Shown here: piece by piece, positions 36,211-50,409 of the stretch | How positions within the stretch are numbered: the stretch's first letter is position 1 | How the letters are laid out: each line of letters starts with the position of its first letter | Translations under genes and position numbers: made by a program | Assembly: GCF_009914755.1 (NCBI RefSeq) | Contig: NC_060936.1 | Reading direction: 5' to 3' (one strand) | DNA from: the human T2T-CHM13v2.0 reference genome, Homo sapiens | Length of the DNA: 64,000 nucleotides | Notes under the pieces: model-generated | Told to the model about the DNA's origin: nothing | Seen by the model: the letters and a program-made list of their open reading frames with translations, nothing else | The model's database searches: none

Positions 36211-37779
36211 TGAACCTAGAAAGGTGGAAATATAGGATGCAATGTGATAGTAAGCTTTCTCTGTACTAAAGAAAAGGGATAATTTACTTGTTATTTCTAG
36301 CATCACTCATACCCTGAATGGAAATAACCCCCTATTAAGCACAGTTACAGTTGGCACTGTCTTATTAATTGTATTTTTCCCTTTCAACATAGCAAAGATA
36401 CAACAACACCAGATCTGACCCAGCTGTTTTTCAAAAAGAATTCTTTAGAATCTTAATTTTTCTATCCGAATAGGTCTTCTCCCCCCTTTCTTTTTCTCAT
36501 GGAAACACCTTGGAAAAAAGACTGTCTCTAGCCTCACCATTATTATATACAGAAGACATATATTCTTCTTTTGTTTTGCTTTCATTATTTGAGTTTCTCA
36601 AAAAATGTACCCTAATTTCTTTTACTATGGACAATATGAATGAGAGACCCAATCTCTATCTCAAGGCATTTTGGAACATCTTCTTGCCAGAGGCAGTTGG
36701 ATAGTGAGGTAAACGAGGAAACAAAATGGAAATAAATTTTATAGCTCTCCTTTCACTAGTTCCCTTTTCCCTTGTCACTTCATCCTTTCTCTGATTTTTT
36801 AAAGGCTTTTTTGTGAGCCATGTATCCAGCGCTCCAATATTCTTTTTCCATGTAATATCTGTCTCCTTTCCTGTGGGCCTTTCCTCCTGGAACAGTTCCT
36901 GTTATCATCCCCAGGGAAATATCACTTCTTTTTCCTACTCCCCTTCAGAGGGTCCTTTTATCTTCTAGAGTAGCATTTATTGATAATGACTTCTGCCCCC
37001 TTCTAGAAAAGACATATACCCCTCCCTCACTCCTGGCACCCTGCACCCTTCCCCACTGACAGCCAAGAGAACTTCTGTGGAGCCCAAGTAAAGGAAATGA
37101 GAACAAAACGGCTTAAAAATCTGCCCAAGTTGAGGGAAAAGAGGAGGCCACTGGGAGACCTTGACAATCTGTTGAGAGAACATGGAGTAACATGGGTGTG
37201 CGACATTCACATCTAGAGGCAGGAGTCTCACAAAATAAATGTGAAATGAAATTAATATGAAATTGTGTGAATTAGGGTGGATTTCATTAGGGCACACACA
37301 CATACACGTGTGCACACACACACACATACACACACACCTCTAGTGCCTTTGGAGAATTCTGAGGTCCCCACCTGAGGTGGTGGGGGGTTATTCCTCCCAT
37401 GTTCCAAATTCACACAATCAATCCCCTGGCCACGTACCCTGGGAGGTGTGTACTGTAAGCGCCACAGGGGCAGGGGCCTGGCCTATTTTGTTCACCGCTA
37501 CATTCCCAACACCTAGAGCAGTGTCTCAATGAATCAATGAATGAATGACTTGTAAGGGGATCTGAAGAATGAGGTCAGTAAGTATTTCTAGAAGGATTTT
37601 CTATGCCTCTACAATAGCTGCATTATGATGACCCTACTTGAACTTCTCAACAGGCTCCGCAGTAACAGATTTAGTTCAAATTCTCCCTTGACACACTGGT
37701 TCCTTCACTGTCTGGTCCCAGCTTACCTCTCCTCTGTAGCTCTTTATAAAATACATTCATTTATAATTTTGTTTTCAAA

Positions 37780-38820
37780 TTGATATTTATTTTATTTTTA
37801 ATTTATATTTTAGTTTTATCAAAACTATGTAAGTAAAGAGTTTAAAATAATTGAATAGTTTGGCAGCAGTCCTCTTATCCCCTCAGCACCACAATTTTTC
37901 ACTCCCTAAAGGCCCCTTTCAGCCTTTTTAATTGAAATTTTTGGCATTTACTCTCACAACTCAAAATGGTACACTTACATTGCTACTTCTTATTTTTTTG
38001 GTCCATTCATTATGAATTGATACAACACTGTGGAAAATAAGGGTTTGCCTCCCTTTCCCCAAAAACAAAAACAAAAAATCTCTAATGAGCCACACACATG
38101 CACTCTTCCTAGTCCTATCCCCATATCTTTCAATATGCATATATCATAATTTTATTTAAGTCAATATTCATAGTTTACAGTTGTTCCATAAATGTCCTTT
38201 ATCACATATTAGATTTGGTTATTTGTCTCTTTAGTCTCCTTTAATCTAGAATAGTTCCTTCACCTTATTTTGTCTTCCATGACATTGACATTTTTGGATA
38301 GTCAGGGCCAGTAATCTTACAGAATATTCATATTCTAAATGTGTCTGTGTGTTTTTCCTCATAAACAGATGAAGGATGAGCATTTTTTGGCACGGTGTTA
38401 TTGCACACTTCTCCGGCACGTCATACCAGAAGGCCTGGAATGCCAGTTTGTCCCATTACTGATGATTCCAAATTTGATCACAGATTTGGGAGTGTCCAAG
38501 GGATCTCTCAATATGAAAGTACATTTCCCTTTTTGTACATAATAGGTAATCTGTTGGATGATAATTTGAGACCACACTCCCATGTCCCTGTTTCCTAATA
38601 ACTTAAGGACAAAGAGAATTGAAATAAAATATTAAGTAACAGTATGTCTGTTGTTGATAGTGATATTAGTGCAGTAATTATTAGCAGAGCTAGAAAATTA
38701 TATATATATGTAGTCTAAAGAAAAGAAGTCAGTATGTAAAAAGAAATGCAGGTAATAAAATACAGAGCTATGTAACACTTATAATAAAGATAGAAGTAGA
38801 ATTCTAATACCTCTAAACAT
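37780..38820. mobile_element. Old L1M (L1MC/L1ME-like) fragments
   Basis: gtctctttagtctcctttaatctagaatagttcc...catgacattgacatttttg (L1MC4-like). Confidence 0.6.
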
Positions 38821-38849
38821 TCATTCCAACAAAAGTGTGGAAACTGCTT

Positions 38850-39282
38850 TATTGCCCTCAATTCTTCATTTCTTCATATAACCACAGCCTTTGCCATGCA
38901 ACACTGCAGTGGCCCCCGGATAATGCAAGGGGCATACCTCCCTACACTTTGAGTTTAGATTGGGCAGTATGACTTGATTTAACCAATCAAATGAAGTAGA
39001 ATTGGTGGAGTGCCAGTTCCACATCCAGGTCTCAAAATGCCTGCATTTTTCTGCTTCAGCACTCACACCTCTGCCACTGCCATGAAAAGAGCATGTCCAG
39101 GGCAGCCTGTTTGTCCTAGGAGGAAAAGGGGCCACGCAGCGCAAAGCTGAGTCACCCTAGCTGAGCCCAGACCACTTTCAGCCAACCTATCGATATGCAA
39201 GAATAAATACTTGGTGTTATAAGCCATTGAGTTTCAGGGTCATTTGTTGTGCAGCAATTTTATCACACTACCTAACAGATAC
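38850..39282 (+). mobile_element. MLT1 (I/J-like) solo LTR
   Basis: atgacttgatttaaccaatc...gtgccagttcc...aataaatacttggtgttataagcca...aacagataca. Confidence 0.75.
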
Positions 39283-39639
39283 ACAGAAGGATGAGGGAAA
39301 TCTTGCATCTCAAAGGATGTGGTACCAGTTCTGGACTTAGAAGTAGACTTTTGACAGGGAGAGAAGGAGTTAGACCATTTCAAGCTGAAGGAGGGGCATG
39401 AACAGAAGTTCAGAGGGACTTTCAAGTAGTAGTAAGAGATAGCACAAATGTGGAAGAGTATTGGAACACATTCTAGAGGCTATGGAATTTTATACTAAGT
39501 AATCTATGTTTATTTTATACCATAGGGTTCTGGAGGAAGAAAGGAATTTGATCTGGCCTAAGCCTTTGGAAAATAATATTGGCAATAGTTTGAGCCAAAT
39601 TTAATGGAGGAAAAAGGAACAAAATTTAGAATGGTTGAT

Positions 39640-40450
39640 TCTGTATGCTGAGTGCTTTACCTTGATTATCTCATATAGTTTCTCAACAATCCTATAAAGT
39701 GAATATTGGCATCCCCTTGTACCGATGAAGAAAAACAGCACTGAGAGATTAAGTAACTTTCCCAGAATCTTATAGCTGGCAAGACATACAGCCAGAGTTC
39801 AAGGTCAGTATGCATGGCAAAATATGTGCTGTTTCTGCTATCATCATTCTGTCTCCCAAATATTGTACGCAGGCAGGCAAATTAGGAGGTTATTGCTCTA
39901 CGAAAGTGGTAATGAATTACAGTAGTAACAATAAGAAAAGATAAGAGGGAATGTATTTTGGAGAGATTATAAAAGTTTTATTTATTTATTTGTATAGTCA
40001 AAGTAAAATCGCCAGGATACAGCAACTGGCTGAATATGTGTGGTGATGGGGTGTGATAAGAAGATTCCACATCTTTTATTTTAACCAAAGAGTCTGTGTC
40101 AATGCCACTAAGATAGAGAACACAGGACAGGAAGAGCAGGTTTGGTGGTAAGAAACCTAATACGCTAAGTTTATTTATCATCTCGGGATGCTTTCTGACT
40201 AGTAATGATAACATTAATAATAGCTATCTCTCACTGAGCACTGTTCTAAAGCACTGTTGTTAGTGTTCTGCATGAATTAATTCATCCATTCACACATCAA
40301 CACCATAAGGTAGGTGCCATTATTATCCCATTTTACTGATAAGGACACTGAAGAACAAAGAAGTTAAGGAACTTGGACAAGTAGCTATGGCATTTGGATA
40401 TGAACTCAGGCAATCTGGCTGTAGGATCACACTCTTTACAGATGCACTGT
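39640..40450 (-). mobile_element. Two MIRs flanking an L2 fragment
   Basis: gagagattaagtaactttcccag; ttatcccattttactgataaggacactgaag. Confidence 0.65.
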
Positions 40451-40502
40451 TGAATCAATCCATATGAGTTCTTCCAACATGGTAGGCCCTGGTCCCAATA
40501 GC

Positions 40503-40860
40503 TGTGTTAGTAGGGAAAATCAAGTTTCCACTGCAGTAAAGAGCCTCCTAACAACAGTGGCTTAACAAAAGATTACTTCTTGCTCTCTCAAAAGCTACTA
40601 TAGATTCAGGCAACCCTTCAAGACATAGTTATCCATGTGTTGACAAAACATTCTCTGTTATATCTTATGTCACTTTCACAGCAACATGTGCTACCAAGAC
40701 AGCAGCTGTAAGCAAGGAGAGGGATGACATGTCTTGAACTGGCAATGAAATGTTTTGGCTTGAAAATGATACATCTCACTCCTGCCCACACTCATCAGTC
40801 AGAACTAGTCCCATGGCCAAGCCCAGTTTCATGGGAGCAGGGAAGTGCAATCCTGTCTAG
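40503..40860 (-). mobile_element. MLT1-family LTR fragment
   Basis: cagtggcttaacaaaagatt...cagaactagtcccatggcc...gggagcagggaagtg. Confidence 0.55.
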
Positions 40861-41388
40861 AAGGAATAGAGCCATAAGCATTGTTTAGCAGTAATGATAT
40901 CTGCATCTCTCAATTATGCTGCCTCTCATAACATATGAGTAATTAGACATTTGGGTCTTAAAACTCAAGATCAAAGTGAAAGCACTAATTTGAAATGTAT
41001 TTGGATAAACATATGTATACTTATCTATCCTAATTTCTACCTCTTTTCTCGAGACACAAGGCATTCGTGCTCTATTTTCTGTCATAACTGCCATTCCTGT
41101 CGGGGGTTTGAAAAGATCAAATGACATAATCCATATGCTTTTGATTGTTGAACTTCAAAGTGCAACATGACTAGTATCCTTCTATATGATGTTCAGATCT
41201 TTATTTACCCTTAGTTACATATTAGCCAGTTATTTAACAGTCACGGAACACCTAGATGAAGGACATTCTACTAGGCACTGTGGAGACATAACATTATTTA
41301 AGACCTATCTCTGCCCATAAGGAACCAGGCTGTGTCCATGAAATGTTAATAAACACAAGCAAAGCAGCAGAAAATGAATAGTATTCCA

Positions 41389-42219
<831 letters not shown>

Positions 42220-42302
42220 CTAGCTATTCGAGAAGCTGAGGTAGGAGGATCACTTGAGCTTCGGAGGTCAGGGCTGCAATGAACAGAGTTGAGACTCTGT
42301 TG

Positions 42303-42461
42303 AAAGGAAAGGAAAGGGGAGAGGAGGGGAGGGGAAGAAAGGGGAAGGGAGGGGGAAGGGGGAGGGAGGAAGGGAGGAAAGGAAAGAAGGGAGGGAGGGA
42401 GGAAAGGAAGGAAGGGAGGGAGGAAAGGAAGGGAGGGAGGAAAGGAAGGAAGGAAGGACGG
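42303..42461. repeat. (GGAA/GGGA)n polypurine tract
   Basis: ~160 bp essentially pure A/G. Confidence 0.95.
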
Positions 42462-43300
42462 AGAAAAATGCAAAGTGTGGAATGTTTTGAAATGGTTTTA
42501 TGAGAGTATCTTAACAGTTAATGAGGTGGTGAACTCAAATGTATGAAGAAGCCGAATGTAAGACTGGCAAATGCTGTGGTGAACTGGAAAGTATACACTC
42601 AGTCTGAAGGCTTTCAAATTCCAGTGGGGGCAGGGGTGTGTGTATGTGTGCACAATTAAACACTGTAGGGATTAAACAAAACACAACTTCTTGGCAATAT
42701 CTAGACTGTGACCTCTGGTTGAGAGAACATTTTATGTTCATTGATAGCAAAGCCTTACATGACAAAGGTAAATTATTTCTGACCAGAACAGTTCATGTGG
42801 AGAGTCAGGAGGTAAGGGAGGTAGGGAAGGATGGGCTTCAGAATCTCTCTGTTGACCTTGACAAATCTTACCAGGGGTCAGGAAGAGTTTGCCTGATCTA
42901 GTAAAACTAGTCAGTATGATGCAGTACATAGATAAATGAAACACAGTTTGCCTAAATTATTGCAAATTTCAATTTAGGAAGGTCAAAATTAATGAGGTTT
43001 TCCTGTACTTGGAAGTCATATTCGATGGCATGATAAATGTTAGAACTAAAAACTTAACAGCTATCTAATAATGTCAGTATCTAATGGAGAAAAAGGTGAG
43101 GGTAAAACGATTAACATGATTGCAGAAGGAAAAACAGATTGGCTTAATTAAGACTTTCCAAAGAAACATGCCATCACGCTATAGGTTTTCTTGGGATTTT
43201 AAAGAGTGTACATTTACCCTTGACATCAAGTCTGTTAGAATTTGGTCAAGTAGAACATCTACTTTTAAGTTGTATCTTGCCCTCAGATCTTTATAAATGA

Positions 43301-43680
<380 letters not shown>

Positions 43681-43779
43681 TAGTATTTTTAATTACTCTT
43701 TCATTTAAAGAACAATTTCCTCTACACCTTAATTTTGAAACAGCTGGTTATGTCACCTGCTTCAATCTTTATAGGTATA

Positions 43780-44450
43780 TATGTAAATATGTAAATTGTA
43801 TGTAATTGTAATCTATGTGATTGTTACTTATTTTCTTTTCTCATTGAAATCTACTTTTTATATAATTTTCTAGATATCTGCATAGGTCACATATTTATCA
43901 AGATAAAGACTACAATTTTCTAATCTATCCCTTAAGTTTTGTTTCCAAGTTTTTAATATAATGAATAATTTGCTATAAACATCTGAACACAAAAAATACA
44001 TTTTTTTAGAAGTATTTAATTTGAAATATGTTCCTTCAAAGTAGGATTATTGATCACCAAGTACTGTCATGTGTATTTCCTTCATTTCCAATGTTCTCTA
44101 GATAGATTTTACAAATTTGCAAAATCTTACTTGCACCTCTTCTTCTACTGCCCCACAAACTTGGATTTTATTACCATATTTACATTTGTTTATACAACAG
44201 GGAAGAAGGAACATCTCCTATGGCCTTTAATGTATTTTGCTGTAGCTATTAACAAGCATACTGACTTAGTGTTCATTCTTTCTTGGTGCAAATGGTTTGC
44301 TCCACTTCTTTGGTCAATTATTATGTGGAAGAGGAATATTAATTTTATGTATCTATAGTCATTCTCTTTACATTTGAATGTTCAAATTATACCTATCATA
44401 TTTATTTTTGCATGTTTCCCCTAGTATAACCTATTTTTTTCTATTAAAAA
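43780..44450 (-). mobile_element. Degraded L1ME-like fragments
   Basis: gctataaacatctg...gtaggattattgatcac...; AT-rich and weak similarity only. Confidence 0.4.
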
Positions 44451-45601
44451 CATTTTTAAATAGTTATAGAAATATAGAAATTTCTAACTACCATATTCTA
44501 AACTCCCAGGAACTTAATTTGCATTGGCCTAAATTAGTCTCAATCTACTGCTGAAAGTCTGGACGATTATTTTCATCCTTTGCAATGTGGCTTTAACGCT
44601 ATGACTTCATGAATCACCCAGGCAGACTGGTATTATGAATGTGAGTAAGGTTGAACCTGGTACACAACCAGGGTTTACACTTTTAGAGAGCTGGTAAATA
44701 CAGCATAGAAAGGCATTTCTCAGTAGCTTTCCATGGATTAGAGATCATACAACCTGTGCTTGCACATGGCAGCCTAAAGCCACACTATTATTCCAAGAAT
44801 ACATTAGTGGGAATTACTTTTCAGAAGCCACTCCAGAAGCATCCTGGCCATAATCTCTCTAGAAATAGAGATAAACAAAAACTCGCAATGATTGTGCACA
44901 GTTAAGGAAAAGGCCATGTTCTTCTTGCAGCAATGTTAACTATCTCTCTTTTCTCTGACAGCAGTCGTCATCCACCACTTCAAAGTTAAAGGAACAACCG
45001 CCTTACATTGTGAGAAATTCTATGTACTTTCTGAAGTTTTATCTTCATTAAGAAAAGATTATTGCATTAGAAAGTTCACTGAAACAACACCTGTGGAATT
45101 CATTTCCAAATTGATCTCATCTGCTCCCATGGTTTCAAATACCAACTGTACAACAATGATTTCCAAAAATCGTCTTTGTTGCAGAAGTTTCTTATATGTT
45201 TTGGAGATTAACAATAGCAATAGACTCTTAATTGTTCTTCCAACTTCTGAATGACCCCTTCCCAAATAGCAAAATGCACCAGAGGGCTCTTTTAGGAACA
45301 TACATTGATCATGGCACCTCCCACCATAAAATCCTTTAACTATCTCTTATCACTTACAGGATTAATTCTAACTCGCTTAGCATGGCAATGACTTATGTAG
45401 GATATTTGTTATTTACAGAATCCCAGCACAGGACAGAAAAAAATGTGGATTGTTAATTCTACAATAGTGAATTATACTGTATCATTCGCATCCTCACATG
45501 GGTTGTCATACGGTTGACACAGTTCTTACATGGCTAAGTGGAAATAGGAAGGCAGTTTATGACTACATTTCAAGTTTTTCCATACTTTCTCCTTAGGAAT
45601 A

Positions 45602-45971
45602 CAGTTATGTGCCACATAATGACATTTCAGTCAATGATGGACTGCATATACAATGGACTGCATATACAATGGACTGCATATATGAAGGTGGTCCCATAAG
45701 ATTATGACATTTTTATTGCACCTTTTCTATGTTTGAATATGTTTAGATACATAAATACCATTGTGTTACAATTGTCCACAATATTTAGTACAGTAACGTG
45801 CTGTACAGGTTTGTAGCTTAGGAGCAATAGGCTACACCATATAGCCTAGGTGTATAGTAGGATATACCACTAGGTTTGCATAAGTCCATTCTATGGTGTT
45901 CACATGATGACAAAATCACCTAACGACACATTTCTCAGAACATATCCCCTTCGTTAAGCAATGCATAACTG
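45602..45971. mobile_element. Tigger3/MER7-type MITE (TcMar-Tigger)
   Basis: TA|cagttatgtgcc ... aatgcataactg|TA terminal inverted repeats with TA TSD; ggtggtcccataagattat. Confidence 0.9.
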
Positions 45972-46667
45972 TAGATAGTTATATTCTCTAATCCAATTTC
46001 TATATTTTTTGGAGAGCAGCTTACAAAATGCTATGTAAATTACAATGATTCTTATTAACTCAATAGTGGATTGGTGCTTATCAACACATTGGGCTTTAAT
46101 GCTTTTGATGCTGTGACCATTTAACATATTATAAATGTTAATAAATGAATTAAATCTATCTCATGGTGAGTTGTATCGAATCATATCACACAAAAATTAC
46201 ACTAACTACAGTAACAAAGCAAAATCAATGGCTCTTTAGATCATAGTTTAAGCTCAGAAGAAACAGGAAAAATATCTAAAATGACTGGTGAATTGAGTGT
46301 CTTGTTGGCTTCTTTGTACTTGAATAATCAGTCCTCCAAAATGTTTTGCTAGTTCCACATGTAAAAACTTTTTTTAAATATTGCTAATTACTGAACAGCA
46401 AAACTCCTTTTACTCTCTCAAATTATATTCCAAGATCACTTCCATGACAACCTCGTCCTTTCCCACTTGGATCATTTTCCATTTTAGTATTTCTTTTCTT
46501 AAATAAAACATATGCAAAAAACCATCTCATTTAGAGAACAGAAGATGATAAAGCGTTTTCTTGTGCTTAAAATTTTGAATTATTCAAAGGCATCTTTGAG
46601 ATGACTCGTTCCTGAATGTGTGCCTTAGAAAGACATATAATGGATGCTTATTCTATATTTTATAGAG

Positions 46668-47038
46668 TGATATAGTTTGGCTCTATGTCCCCACCCAAAT
46701 CTCATCTCTAATTGTAGTCCCCACATGTCAAGAGAGGGACCTGGTGAGAGACGATTGGATCATGGGAGTGGTTTCCCTCATGCTGTTCTTGTGATAGTGA
46801 GGGAGTTCTCACAAGATCTGATGGTTTAAAAGTGTTTGGCAGTTCCCCGTTCACTCTCTCTCTCTCGCTCGCTGCCTTGTGAAGAAGGTACTTGCTTCTC
46901 CTTTGCCTTCCGCCATGACTGTAAGTTTCCTGAGGCCTCCCCAGCCATGCGGAACTGTGAGTTAATTAAACCTCTTTCCTTTATAAATTATCCAGTCTCA
47001 GGCAGTTCTTTATAGCAGTGTGAAAATGCATTAATACA
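46668..47038 (+). mobile_element. THE1D-like solo LTR (ERVL-MaLR)
   Basis: TG...CA ends, 371 bp, 5-bp TSD tagag; tgatatagtttggctctatgtccccacccaaatctcatc. Confidence 0.92.
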
Positions 47039-48142
47039 TAGAGTTTTCTTTATTCTTGCCACTTTGCCCTTTTTCCTTGTGCTTACTCTAGCAAGTCAGA
47101 TGGCAGAGGAGCTGAAGGAAATGGAAATGCCGGGAGAGGTGGCTGAGCAGGAGAGTAATGCTTCTGCTCTCTCTCCTTCTGGATTCTCTGTCCCTACTGT
47201 ATCTGAGGATTGTTTCCTTGTTCCTGTTGAAGAAGAAACCCTCTTCATTTCTCCATAAAGGGCTTATCCCCTCTGTCCCTTCATGAGGTGCAGTTTCCCG
47301 GGAAGTCTAAGAATGTGCAGCAAGAATTTACTAAAATATTTTCTCTAACCTTCAACTCTTATTTTACCCTCCAAATGGTGACTTGGGGCTCATTTTTAAA
47401 GTAAAGATGTAATTAAAAATCATATCTAGAGCTGGAGCTATCTTTGAGGCTGAAGGTCATATTTTCATTAAAAAGGATGTAAACGTGCACTTAGAGTGCT
47501 GGAACTATTCCTTGGTCCCAAACATTACTCTTTGTCACTTTTAAAAATTATTGTTTTGGGTCTGAAGAAATTATATTCCTAGTAATTCCTACTCACTACA
47601 CAGATGTCATATGGCAATAACCAATAAAGACTTATAAAGTCTTCTACAATCATTGCATGCTATATGTACGCTTAGTAAATTTTAGCATAATTCCTAACTA
47701 AAAGTTTATAGAGAGAAATGAAAACCACATGCCTTAGCGCCATCCCAAACTTAATTATAGTTGAGTCAAAAATGTCCATTCACACAATATATTTTATAAA
47801 TCTGCTCATTATAATGCCCCTTTTTTCATTTCTACATTTAATAGTAAATGTCGATTTGATTTTAGAAAAATAAATGAAGACCACACAAGTGAAAAAAACA
47901 AAGCAATTAGCAAAAATGACAGCTCAGAGCTTGTAAACTAAATTACAAGTTTCAGCATGGTGTTCAAAAAGGCTGCAAATTTAGGATGGTTACTTATATT
48001 CAATTATTAAGGCCAGGTTTAAATAACAGGCAAAAATACCACTTTTAGTCATAGGAGAGTATATGCAATTATTCCAAAAGAGTTGACAAAAAATCTGCTT
48101 CTGGCACTGTCTTAGTTAAAGGTTTGATAAAAGTGATTTTTC

Positions 48143-48448
48143 TTTTTTTTTTTTTTTTTTTTTTTTGAGACGGAGTCTCGCTCTGCCACCCAGGCTGGAG
48201 TGCAGTGGCGCGATCTCCGCTCACTGCAAGCTCCGCCTTCTGCGTTCACGCCATTCTCCTGCCTTAGCCTCCTGACTGACTGGGACTACAGGCGCCCGCC
48301 TCCACGCCCGGTTAATTTTTTTGTATTTTTAGTGGAGAACGGGTTTCACCGTGTTAGCCAGGGTGGTCTCAATCTCCTGACCTCGTGATCCGCCCGCCTC
48401 GGCCTCCCAAAGTGCTGGAATTACAGGTGTGAGCCACCACGCCTGGCC
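48143..48448 (-). mobile_element. AluY, full length
   Basis: gcaagctccgcc...ttcacgccattctcc; cgtgttagccagg; TSD atttttct. Confidence 0.95.
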
Positions 48449-50409
48449 ATTTTTCTTACTTTTAATATGTTTTTGATGGAAGAACTGGACAGAGCCACAC
48501 GGGTCTCTTTCTTCCTAAAAAAAAAAAGTACAATGCAGGAAAATTTTCCTCTATTCTTTTGTGCTATTTTCTGAGCCCCAATGTTATTAAGACTCCAGAA
48601 AAGGCAGAGAAGGCAAAGGACAGGGCCTTCTTTATACCAGCTTCAGGGTCTTCCTCTCTTCATGAGCTAACTTCACGTTCATTCATCCTTCTATGTCCTC
48701 TCATGCACCTTTACTTTCTCCTTCCACCTTCAAAAAAGTCCTGAGTGTAAGAAAACCATACAGTCTCCAAGGGAAACATCAGAAAGAAAAGAATTGAACA
48801 GCCTCATGTTTGTTTATTTTGCTCACTAGAAACAATAGGTCCTTGCTGTACTCCTTGCTCTGTTGAGATAAGTTCAAAAACAATTGCAGGGTTATCAGCT
48901 CCAACTTTGAGCTGGGAGCTGCCCAATGGTGGAAATGTCTTACTAATCCATTAGCTCTATTGGCATTTCTAACTGAGGGCCCTACGTACATTAAACTGGC
49001 TGTGCCCAGAGCTTTAGTATCTCAGAATTGTTTCCTCACGGTTCCTTCAAAAAGTGGAATTCATAACAATTTTTAGAAGAACTCCCAGGTTAAAAATACA
49101 TAAAACTCAATGTTATATTTTCTAAAATAGTCTTTCCCAGTACCCGATGTCCCCCTTTGGCAGAAGAAATAAAGATTTTTAATGGTATTTAGTTTGGAAA
49201 GCTGTAAGGCAGGCTGGGTTTCTCTTCTCCTCTGATCTATCTCTGCATGTCTTGCTACATTGGTCAGGTCACATTAGGTTTGAGGAAGACAAAGGAGATA
49301 TAGAATAAGGTAAATCAGTCAAGATGCCTGAAATAATTGATTGCTCTAAACATTATATTTACAAGAAAACCCCTCTTCATTAAATTGAATATGAATGAAA
49401 CTCTGATCTATAAGTAAACATTCCACAGAAATATTAATTCGACTTTCTAAACTGGAGGAGCACTACTCTTGCTTAGTAGCATGGTTTAAGAACCTGTTAT
49501 AACTTTAAAAATTGGGGAGTTACATGGACAGTTACCAGGTTGTAGTATGTGTAAGTCATTCCTGAACCATTAAATAAATGCACACTGCGAGGAAACTCAT
49601 CAGCAGGAGCAACAAGCTACTGTTTAAGAGTGGGCAGTGCAAAAGTGAAGGCAGGAGAGAGGTCATTTTCACTTTCATCTTATTTTATAAGAGCAAAAAG
49701 GAAGCCACTTTATGATACTAAGTATGTTGTAATGATCGTTTTTGAACCAGGAAAAAGCTTGCAACATATTCAAATAGAATAGGAAAGTAACAACTACTTT
49801 AATCAAAAGGAGTTTGAGGACAGGGTATTGGGTGGTCGTAGAAAGTAGATTTGGACCTCGAGTTTCCCTTGACTAATGCTTAAGTTGACATAAACTCTTT
49901 TTGGGAGGAAATTAATTGCATTGGTGTACTTACAGCTGTTTAGTAAACATGTTCCTTACAGTGATTCTTCCATATACAGCCCTTCCCTTTACTGAAGTCT
50001 CTATGCCGTAAGTCACTTATTGTGGACAACTACCATGTCACTAGAAGCTGGGTTGATCCAGAAGTGTGCAACACATAATTATCCCTTTCTTTCTTTCTCC
50101 TCCTCTGCTCCTCACTCCATGCCCAGAGACATCTCAGTCTCCTAATGGGCATAAGTCAAGGGAAGACAAGGCCTTCTCCACCTCCACATTGGGATCTGGG
50201 ATCCAGGATATGTGGCCAATGTGATAGAACAGTCTTTCCCTTTTAGGCTACTTTGCCCTTGTTGCACATCCACAGAGAATAATTCAAATGTCTAAATTGT
50301 GGACTAATTCTTGACATATCATACCAGTATATTTGATTCTTCTTTCCACTTTCTGGTATGCAGTAATTGTGCAAAACCAAAGTTGCAGTCTGTTCATTTC
50401 AACACAATT

